Assembly (NCBI GenBank): GCA_964572035.1
Contig: CAZNDX010000001.1
Location: forward strand, 60,437-124,436
Source of the DNA: an uncultured Methanosarcinales archaeon
Lineage (GTDB): Archaea > Nanobdellota > Nanobdellia > Woesearchaeales > ARS49
Length of the DNA stretch: 64,000 nt
Reading direction: 5' to 3'
Each line of letters starts with the position of its first letter. The first letter of the stretch is position 1. The position numbers and the translations under genes were made by a program. The notes under the pieces were generated by a model. The model saw only the letters and a list, made by a program, of their open reading frames with translations, was not told the DNA's origin and did not search any database. Shown one piece after another: positions 56,818 through 64,000 of the stretch.

Positions 56818-57699
56818 CTAAATAGCAATAATAGCAGCACCAACAACAATAACGACAGCGCTCAAAACTTTCTTCAAAACTACGCTTCTCGACCAGTCCT
56901 CTTTCAAAACGCTTGGAACAAACAAACTAAAAAACAGAGACAAACAAAGAACAAACAAAGGCTGAACAGAACTCAAAGCGCTAACCAGGGAAACAGGCGC
57001 CAAAGCAAAAGCAGCAAGCAAAACAATCTTAGCAGTGAAAGCGAAAATCTCAGAAATACCCAAAATATGAACATTCTTCAAAACATGACCAAAATGTTTT
57101 CTGACACTTGGCATAAAAATTGTTGACGAAAGGCCAACAAACAATCCAAAAGACTGCGCAGAAAAAATCTGCCAATAACCAACACCCTCAAGGGAAAACT
57201 TCAAACCAACACTCACCAAAGCGGAAATAACACAGTTAAGCATAAGCCACCAAAAACCTTTTCTAACCGCAAATCCCTCGGGCAGCCTGTTTATCCCCAA
57301 AACAACAGCGCCACAAACACAAAGCAAAACACCCGCGACTTTAAACAAAGGAACTGCTTCACCTAAAAAAACAAACGCGAACAGCAAGACAAAAACAGGC
57401 TGAACATACCAAATTGAAATAACCCTTGAAACTTCCTCAGTTGAAAGAACAAAATAATACAACAAATAAAGAAAAGAGCCAACAACCCCTAAACCAAACG
57501 CTATCGCGAGCTTTGAAACTGGAACTCCCTCGAAAGAAACAAACAACCAGGAACCAACGCCAAACAACAAAGCGAAAAAACCAGCAACCGGCAAAATAGC
57601 GAAACAATTGACCATTCTTTTGCCGACCAAAAACTTATCGGCAACATTAGCCAACGCGGAAAGAAACGGCGCAAGAATAGCAAGAAAAACCCAATTCAT
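56818..57699 (-). CDS. EamA/DMT-superfamily transporter
   Basis: 10 TM arranged as two EamA repeats. 293 aa. Confidence 0.7.
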   Translation of the reverse strand: MNWVFLAILAPFLSALANVADKFLVGKRMVNCFAILPVAGFFALLFGVGSWLFVSFEGVPVSKLAIAFGLGVVGSFLYLLYYFVLSTEEVSRVISIWYVQPVFVLLFAFVFLGEAVPLFKVAGVLLCVCGAVVLGINRLPEGFAVRKGFWWLMLNCVISALVSVGLKFSLEGVGYWQIFSAQSFGLFVGLSSTIFMPSVRKHFGHVLKNVHILGISEIFAFTAKIVLLAAFALAPVSLVSALSSVQPLFVLCLSLFFSLFVPSVLKEDWSRSVVLKKVLSAVVIVVGAAIIAI

Positions 57700-57986
57700 T
57701 TCGCCTCAACGACCTTAACAATATGCCAGCCAAACTGCGTCTTGCACTTGCCAAGCTCATTAACAGGCAAAGAGAAAGCCAAAGTTTCAAACTCTTTAAC
57801 CATCTGATTACGGCCAAACCAGCCAAGGTCTCCGCCTTTTTTCCCTGACGGACAAATGGACTTCGCTTTCGCGAGCTCGCCAAAATCTTTTCCGCGGCGC
57901 AAATCAAACAACAACTCGTTCGCCTCCGCTTCAGACTTTACAAGAATATGCAACGCGTGAACTTTACTTGCCACGACTCTCACCAA
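57696..57986 (-). CDS. parvulin-type peptidyl-prolyl cis-trans isomerase
   Basis: HILVK...GGDLGWF...FGWHIVK rotamase motifs. 96 aa. Confidence 0.8.
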   Translation of the reverse strand: MVRVVASKVHALHILVKSEAEANELLFDLRRGKDFGELAKAKSICPSGKKGGDLGWFGRNQMVKEFETLAFSLPVNELGKCKTQFGWHIVKVVEAK

Positions 57987-58434
57987 GCTTAAACTCGTAC
58001 AATTTTACCGCACGACCTGAGTTGTCAGTTCCAACAATGTACAAAGTTTTGCCAAGTAAATTCTCAGGATTTTTCAAAGTCAATTTCGCCGACTTCATGC
58101 CATCCTCAATCGGTAATGGAGCGGAATAATTAATGCTTGGAACCTCGCAAGTCAAAGGAACATAAGACATCCACTTATCACGCTGATACTTCTCAATTTC
58201 AAGCTTGAAACCACTATGCATGCCAGAAATTTCGGACCTGTAAATGTCAACACGAACACCATCATGAGCGAAAACACCCTGAAGCTTGTCCTCAAGAGAC
58301 TTTTCTTTAGGCTTGTCTTGTGAGTTAGGCGAACTGTTTCGTTCACCAGAACGCGTACTGTTGTAAAAGACACTCGCGCCAGCAGCCAAGCCAATAATAG
58401 CCGCAATACCCAAAGCCCATTCTTTCTTGTTCAT
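57964..58434 (-). CDS. hypothetical membrane-anchored or secreted protein
   Basis: Start taken at MNKKEWALGIAAIIGLAAGASVF (ATG 58432-58434), which sits about 25 bp downstream of a palindromic TATA box, so it is likely leaderless. Confidence 0.45.
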   Translation of the reverse strand: MNKKEWALGIAAIIGLAAGASVFYNSTRSGERNSSPNSQDKPKEKSLEDKLQGVFAHDGVRVDIYRSEISGMHSGFKLEIEKYQRDKWMSYVPLTCEVPSINYSAPLPIEDGMKSAKLTLKNPENLLGKTLYIVGTDNSGRAVKLYEFKLGESRGK

Positions 58435-58456
58435 AGACGATAAGCCACACAGCCCC

Positions 58457-58488
58457 TTTATAAAGGTTGCCACCCTAATATTTATAAA
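58457..58488. promoter_or_regulatory. divergent promoter region with two TTTATAAA TATA boxes (58457-58464 palindromic; 58481-58488)
   Basis: Each TATA centre is about 24-26 nt from a start codon on the appropriate strand (ATG 58434 minus; GTG 58511 plus). This is consistent with leaderless transcripts. Confidence 0.5.
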
Positions 58489-58510
58489 CAACAAGTTCGC
58501 TAAAACCCTT

Positions 58511-61500
58511 GTGGAAACAGAGGCGAAACCGGTTGCAGAGCAGGTAACTCAAAAGCTAGCGAAAGCCACAAAAATCAACAGGCTCATCCTTGACGGTTTC
58601 AAATCATTCGGCAAATACACAGAACTGCAATTCGGGGAAGACTTCAACGTAATTCTCGGACCAAACGGAAGCGGAAAATCAAACGTCCTTGACGCGCTAT
58701 GTTTCGTCCTTGGAAAATCAAGCAGCAAACAACTAAGAGCTGAGAAATCAGCCAACCTGATCTACAATGGCGGAAAAACAAAACAGCCGGCAAAAGCCGC
58801 GGAAGTTTCAATAGTATTCGACAACAAAAACAAAATGTTCCCTCTTCCAGATGAAGAGATTAAAGTCTCACGAATAGTAAGAGCTGATGGCCAAAGCAAA
58901 TACAAAATCAACGGAACAACAAAAACAAGACAAGAACTCATTGAATTGCTAAATAACGCAAACATAAATCCTGACGGATACAACATCATACTCCAAGGAG
59001 ACATCATACGCCTTGTAGAAATGAGCCCAATAGAAAGAAGACAAATAATCGAGGAAATAGCAGGCATCGGAATGTATGAGGAAAAGAAACAACAGGCGCT
59101 CAACGAACTCCAAAAAGTCGGTGAAAGACTAAACGAAGCGGAAATAATTCTGAAAGAAAGAGAGACACACTTGAAGGAGCTAAAAAAAGACAGGGACCAC
59201 GCGCTAAGATACAAGGAACTCAACGACAAAATAAAACAAAACAAGGCAAGCTATCTCAAACGCAAAATCAACAGAAAACTCGATGAAATAGAGCAGCTTG
59301 AGAAAAAAAGCTCAGGACACAAGAAAAAACTCGAGCAATACAGAAACGAAATAAACAAACTTCGCAATGAAATAGGCGAGCGCAAACAAAAGATAGCGGA
59401 CATCAACAAGGAAATAGAACAAAAAGGAGAAGTAGAACAGCTCAAAATTCAAAAAGACCTAGAAAAACTGCGAATAGAACTCGTCACAAACAAAACAAGA
59501 GTATCAACAATAACAACAGACCTCTCAAGAATAGAACAACGCAAAGAACAGCTTGAAAAAAACCAAGAAGACCTCAGCCTCCGCATCAAAGACTTAACTG
59601 ACCAAAAAAACAACCTCGAAGCGCAACACAAAAGCATAATCAAAACACTATCCGACCTCGAAGGCACCATAAAAGCATTCAAAGCCAAAAACAATCTCGC
59701 GGACCAAGCAGACATCGACCAAAAATTCGCCGAACTCGACAAACAAGCAGAAGAAAAACAACGCGAAATACAAATTCTTCACGAAAAACAACAGAATTTA
59801 CTCAGGGAAAAAGACAAAGCAGAATTCCAACTCACAACAATAGACCAAAAAATAGCCAAAGTCGCAGAACTTCAAGGCGCGCACAAAGAAGAACTCAGCA
59901 TCCTCAACAAAAGAAAAGACGAATTCAAAAAAATAGTACTCGAGCTAAACGACCTGCTCAACCAGGACAGCAAAGACGCGAACACCCTTGCGCGAAGCAG
60001 AACAGAATTGCAACAACTCCGCGAAGAAGAACACAAACTCGCATTAAAAGACGCATCAGTCCGCGAATCACTCGGACAAAACATCGCAGTCAAAAAAATC
60101 CTTGAAAACAAAAACAAATTCGGAAGCGTGCACGGAACAGTCGCCGAACTAGGCAGCTCAGAAGGAAAATACGCAGCAGCACTTGAAGTCGCGGCAGCAC
60201 AAAAAATCAACAGCATAGTTGTGGACGACGACAAAACGGCCGCGAACTGCATCAACTATTTGAAAGACAACCAGTTCGGCACAGCGACATTTTTGCCGAT
60301 GAACAAAATAAAGCCGGCAGCAATCAAAGATGACGTCAAATCTTTGCTCAAGAAGAAAGGAGTTCACGGCCTCGCCATCGACTTAATTGACTTTGAACCG
60401 CAATTCAAAAACATATTCTCACACGTATTCGGAAACACAATAGTAGTTGACGACATACAAACCGCGCGAACAATAGGAATCGGCGAAGCAAGAATGGTAA
60501 CGCTTGATGGAGACATCTGCGAAACATCAGGCGCCATGACAGGAGGATTCAGGCACAAAAAATCAGGAAGCTTCAAAGAAAAAGAAGTCGGCAAAAAACT
60601 CGAACAAACCAGAGAACGACTCTCAGAACTTGAAAATGACCTATCAAAAACAGAACAACGAAGAAAAGAAAGCGAAGAAAAAATCCAAAGACTCAGAGAA
60701 TTAAAAGCAACCCTTGAAGGCGACATCATCAAACAAGAAAAAAGTCTGCACTTGGACACAGGCGACCTGGAAGCCACAAAAACATACAAAGAAGAGCTCG
60801 CCAAAACAAAAACCCACATAGAAAAAGAACTCCTCGCGCTTGAAGACCAAATAAGCGGAGAAACAGACACAATAACACAAATCAAAATCCAAAAAGAACA
60901 ATTGAGAGCAAAACTAACAGAAGCCCGCAACCCAAGAGTTCTCGCTGAACTACACGCGTTTGAGGAAAAAAGAAGACAACTAGACTCAGAAAAAGTCCGA
61001 GTAGAAACAGAGCAGAAAAACACAATTTCACAACTCAACGAAGTAATCTCTAGAGACCAAGACAACATCAAAAAAATACTCAAAGACCTAGATAAAGAAA
61101 GAGAAGCATTCACATCAGAAAAAGAAAACTTGGGAAAAATAATCGCGCAAGAAGAAAAAGAACTCAAAATAAAAGAAGAAGAGCAGGCTAAATTCTTCAC
61201 ACAATTCAAAGGATTACTTGAACAAACCAAAAAGTTCAACGAGGAAATCAACGGAAGAGAAAGCGCAATACTTGGCGTAGAGGAGCATTCAAGGCAAGAA
61301 GAACTGCGCGTAAACACACTCAGCATAGAAGAAGCGAGACTCAAAGCTGAAAACGCGGGATTCACCGCGGAATTTGAGCAATACGCGGGCGTAGAACTCG
61401 ACATGGAAAAGCCGGAAGAACAGCTCAAAAAGGAGATCAACGAGTTTGAAAGAATGATGACCAACATAGGAAACGTCAACATGAGAGCCCTCGAAATCTA

Positions 61501-62059
61501 CGAGACCGTCGAGAAAGAGTATCAGGTATTGACTGAGAAAAAAGGAACACTCCTCAAAGAAAGAGACTCAGTCCTTGGACTGATGGGAGAAATAGAAGGC
61601 AAGAAAAAAGAACTGTTCGTAGCTTCGCTAAACACAGTAAATGGGCAGTTTAAACGCATATTCTCACAGATAACAACCAAAGGAGAAGCGTATCTTGAAC
61701 TTGAAAACCCACAAGACCCATTCGCGGAAGGACTCAAAATAAACGTCAAAATCACAGGAAACAAGTTTTTAGACATAAGATCATTATCAGGCGGAGAGAA
61801 AACAATGACCGCCCTCGCGTTCTTATTCGCAATCCAAGAACACGAACCAGCAAACTTCTACGTCTTAGACGAAGTTGACGCGGCGCTGGACAAGGGAAAC
61901 AGCGAAAAACTCGCCAAATTAATCAGAAGCTACTGCACCAAAGCGCAATACTTAGTCATATCGCACAACGACGCGATAATAGCCGAAGGAGACGTTCTGC
62001 ACGGAGTATCAATGAACCAGGAAGCAGGACTCTCAAACATTGTCAGCCTTAGAGCGTAA
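58511..62059 (+). CDS. smc: chromosome segregation protein SMC
   Basis: N-terminal Walker A (ILGPNGSGKSN), long coiled coils, hinge (GSVHGTVAELG...), and C-terminal signature LSGGEKTMTALAFLFAI plus Walker B YVLDEVDAALD. The start is probably GTG 58511. The track ATG 58427 would overlap the divergent gene and both TATA boxes. Confidence 0.85.
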   Translation: METEAKPVAEQVTQKLAKATKINRLILDGFKSFGKYTELQFGEDFNVILGPNGSGKSNVLDALCFVLGKSSSKQLRAEKSANLIYNGGKTKQPAKAAEVSIVFDNKNKMFPLPDEEIKVSRIVRADGQSKYKINGTTKTRQELIELLNNANINPDGYNIILQGDIIRLVEMSPIERRQIIEEIAGIGMYEEKKQQALNELQKVGERLNEAEIILKERETHLKELKKDRDHALRYKELNDKIKQNKASYLKRKINRKLDEIEQLEKKSSGHKKKLEQYRNEINKLRNEIGERKQKIADINKEIEQKGEVEQLKIQKDLEKLRIELVTNKTRVSTITTDLSRIEQRKEQLEKNQEDLSLRIKDLTDQKNNLEAQHKSIIKTLSDLEGTIKAFKAKNNLADQADIDQKFAELDKQAEEKQREIQILHEKQQNLLREKDKAEFQLTTIDQKIAKVAELQGAHKEELSILNKRKDEFKKIVLELNDLLNQDSKDANTLARSRTELQQLREEEHKLALKDASVRESLGQNIAVKKILENKNKFGSVHGTVAELGSSEGKYAAALEVAAAQKINSIVVDDDKTAANCINYLKDNQFGTATFLPMNKIKPAAIKDDVKSLLKKKGVHGLAIDLIDFEPQFKNIFSHVFGNTIVVDDIQTARTIGIGEARMVTLDGDICETSGAMTGGFRHKKSGSFKEKEVGKKLEQTRERLSELENDLSKTEQRRKESEEKIQRLRELKATLEGDIIKQEKSLHLDTGDLEATKTYKEELAKTKTHIEKELLALEDQISGETDTITQIKIQKEQLRAKLTEARNPRVLAELHAFEEKRRQLDSEKVRVETEQKNTISQLNEVISRDQDNIKKILKDLDKEREAFTSEKENLGKIIAQEEKELKIKEEEQAKFFTQFKGLLEQTKKFNEEINGRESAILGVEEHSRQEELRVNTLSIEEARLKAENAGFTAEFEQYAGVELDMEKPEEQLKKEINEFERMMTNIGNVNMRALEIYETVEKEYQVLTEKKGTLLKERDSVLGLMGEIEGKKKELFVASLNTVNGQFKRIFSQITTKGEAYLELENPQDPFAEGLKINVKITGNKFLDIRSLSGGEKTMTALAFLFAIQEHEPANFYVLDEVDAALDKGNSEKLAKLIRSYCTKAQYLVISHNDAIIAEGDVLHGVSMNQEAGLSNIVSLRA

Positions 62060-63148
62060 AAGCTCAGCAAGCTTCTCAGCAGACTTATCCCAAGAATAAC
62101 TCTTCAGCATAACATTTCTTCCGGCAGAGCCAATCTTTTTTCTTAAACGAGCGCTGGAAAGCAAACCAGTCAAAGCCTTCTCAAGCTCAGAAACATCATG
62201 CCTTGAAAAAATAAAACCAGTCCTCTCATCACGAACATACTCAGGAACACTTCCAACAGGAGTCGCTATGACCGGCACGCCGCAAGACATCGCTTCCATC
62301 GTCGCCAACGAAGAAGTTTCTGTCAAACTTGGAAGGACAAAAACATCCATCGCCTGCAAATACTTAACAACATCATTTTGAGGCCCTGTCAAAACAACAC
62401 TCGAATCCTTTGGAACCTCATCAGCAACGCCGCCTCCAACCAAAAGCAGGACAACTTTCGGGAACTTTCTCTTGATTTTAATAAACGCGTGATACAACGT
62501 TCCCAAGTCTTTCTCCCTCGCCAAGCGGCCAACATAACCAACAACCAGCCTCGTCGGCAAAATGCCAACCTTTGCCTTCGCGGCAGGCTTTGACGCAGGA
62601 GGAACAAACACATCAGTCTGAACGCCAAGCTGAACAATCTCCTTCCTCGCTTTTATTCCATTAGCCGACAAAATATCCGCGACCTGATTCGAAGGACAAA
62701 TAAGCAAAGAACACCTGTTGTACAAACGCCTCGCGATAAGACGAACCGCTCGCTTCACAAGCCACTTGCCGTGCTTAACAGCGCCTTTCGCCAAATCCCA
62801 CTCAATGCTATGAATGAAACTCACAACAGGCTTTTTGTATTTCTTGGCTAGCTTAATGCCAGCCATACCGATAGGACCAATGGTTTGATTGAAAACTATA
62901 TCAGCCGACCTAATGTGCTCAGCCATCTTGCTCTTATCAGGACTTGAAAAATAAATATCACCAAACTTGATTTTCACAAGAGGAAAACGAATAACGTTAA
63001 CACCCAAATCAATCGGCTTCCCCTCAAACTTGGGGGCGAAAACAACAACTTGAGCGTTCTTTTTCAGAACAGGAATGAGCAATGAGAGAAATCTAGCTAC
63101 GCCGTCCCACCTTGGCAAAAACGAATCAGTAGTAATGACGACTTTCAT
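62033..63148 (-). CDS. family-4 glycosyltransferase (GT-B, glycosyl transferases group 1)
   Basis: C-terminal E-x7-E region with LPSLTETSSLATMEAMSCGVPVIAT. 371 aa. Confidence 0.8.
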   Translation of the reverse strand: MKVVITTDSFLPRWDGVARFLSLLIPVLKKNAQVVVFAPKFEGKPIDLGVNVIRFPLVKIKFGDIYFSSPDKSKMAEHIRSADIVFNQTIGPIGMAGIKLAKKYKKPVVSFIHSIEWDLAKGAVKHGKWLVKRAVRLIARRLYNRCSLLICPSNQVADILSANGIKARKEIVQLGVQTDVFVPPASKPAAKAKVGILPTRLVVGYVGRLAREKDLGTLYHAFIKIKRKFPKVVLLLVGGGVADEVPKDSSVVLTGPQNDVVKYLQAMDVFVLPSLTETSSLATMEAMSCGVPVIATPVGSVPEYVRDERTGFIFSRHDVSELEKALTGLLSSARLRKKIGSAGRNVMLKSYSWDKSAEKLAELLRSKADNV

Positions 63149-63786
63149 CTCAAACGATAAAACACCTCAGCAAACTGAGTTCCATTAACCAGACCGGAAA
63201 GCCAGTCTTTGAGAACCATTTTCCAAATTAGAACAGTAATTGCGACCTTTTGACTTTCGTGAGCAAGGAACGCCTTGACTTTTTTAGTAAAGGTTCCTGA
63301 AATGTCAACAACCAGTCTTGGAACGTTTCGGTTTTTCATCTTAAACAAAGACCAAATATCAAACGAATAAACGGGACACTTGATAGTCCCATCATCGCAC
63401 AAACGCATAACGAAATCGTGAACAGCACGATGGTCAGGATGAGCGTCAAGGTCGTGAGTAAAAATTTTCTCCGGCTTTTCTCTCGCAATTATTTTTTTAA
63501 CTTCTTTTACGACTTTTGGGTTGCTTAAACCTTCAATAAATTTGCCTTCCTGAATGTTAAGATACGCGACACCAGAACCGCCCATAATCTTGTCGGCCTT
63601 TAGGGACTCTGTGACTCTCTTTTTTATTATAACACCACGCTCAAGATGAGGATGAGACTGCTCTCCGTACGAACAGATAATCGTGAAGAATCTTTTACCT
63701 TCCTTCGCGTATTTGGTTAGAGCACCACCTGCACCAATAAGATGGTCATCATTATGGGCGGAAATGGCCAATATGGTGGATTTCAT
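63145..63786 (-). CDS. PIG-L/LmbE-family N-acetylglucosaminyl deacetylase
   Basis: ILAISAHNDDHLIGAGG (AHPDDE-type motif) and HPDH. 4-nt overlap with the GT4 gene. Confidence 0.8.
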   Translation of the reverse strand: MKSTILAISAHNDDHLIGAGGALTKYAKEGKRFFTIICSYGEQSHPHLERGVIIKKRVTESLKADKIMGGSGVAYLNIQEGKFIEGLSNPKVVKEVKKIIAREKPEKIFTHDLDAHPDHRAVHDFVMRLCDDGTIKCPVYSFDIWSLFKMKNRNVPRLVVDISGTFTKKVKAFLAHESQKVAITVLIWKMVLKDWLSGLVNGTQFAEVFYRLR

Positions 63787-63887
63787 ACGTAGAAGTTTTG
63801 GTGAAAAGGGTTTTTAAGGATGTCGCTAAAAAACGAGGTCAAAACCCCACAATCTTTTTAAACCCCAACCTGAGCAAAACACATTAA

Positions 63888-63958
63888 GCGCCGATAGTAT
63901 AGTGGTAGTACATCAGCCTTCCAAGCTGACTGCCTGGGTTCGAATCCCAGTCGGCGCA
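63888..63958 (+). tRNA. tRNA-Gly (anticodon UCC)
   Basis: Acceptor GCGCCGA/UCGGCGC, D-loop AGUGGUA, anticodon stem UCAGC/GCUGA with loop CUUCCAA, and T-arm CUGGG-UUCGAAU-CCCAG. Confidence 0.85.
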
Positions 63959-64000
63959 TCTATTTCAACGCTGCCTTCAAATTCTCAATAAACCTGTCAA

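Noticed and set aside
58762-61482. Minus-strand Ser/Cys/Phe-rich ORFs up to 372 aa
   Set aside because: They are antisense to SMC. The extreme S, F, C and L composition is characteristic of reading the T-rich complement.
1-64000. CRISPR arrays, IS elements, integrases or transposases
   Set aside because: No regularly spaced direct repeats and no transposase or integrase-like ORFs were found on either strand. The only mobile-element hints are the HNH/ChaB islet and the degenerate tRNA-like element.

Overview
This 64-kb window is a gene-dense, AT-rich stretch of archaeal chromosome in which the sense strand of real genes is consistently A-rich. Translation starts include ATG, GTG and TTG, adjacent genes often overlap by 4-8 nt, and several promoters have a TATA box about 25 bp upstream of a leaderless start. 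The gene content is typical of a small-genome archaeon, possibly DPANN-like. It includes the RNAP E'/Spt4/S24e/S27ae cluster, aIF5A with L40e, the archaeal CCA enzyme, GatD/GatE, Orc1/Cdc6, CDC48, SMC, archease with RtcB, two TruD paralogs, RNase HII, SerRS, Adk, Tmk and PyrH. I also found six tRNAs (Arg-CCT, Val-CAC, Pro-CGG, initiator Met, Ser-GCT, Gly-TCC) and one degenerate tRNA-like element.

The most unusual region is a roughly 14-kb cell-surface island at 8.1-22.1 kb:
- a secreted subtilase;
- a tandem HTH regulator coupled to a 1727-aa sequon-rich surface protein that carries an internal 1.2-kb duplication;
- a tandem winged-helix regulator flanked by palindromes;
- three paralogous Sec-secreted proteins and an envelope-anchored protein;
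- two paralogous hydrophobic micro-ORFs.

Other notable spots:
- a GC-rich foreign-looking islet at 6.5-8.05 kb (small Cys protein, ChaB-like, HNH nuclease, pseudo-tRNA);
- a GC-rich non-coding stretch that may be a structured RNA;
- partial tRNA-Val duplications;
- a split Tpa1/OGFOD1-like 2OG-oxygenase pair in an operon with dCTP deaminase and a GT2.

I saw no CRISPR array, transposase or integrase. Every coordinate is hand-counted and may be off by 1-3 nt.
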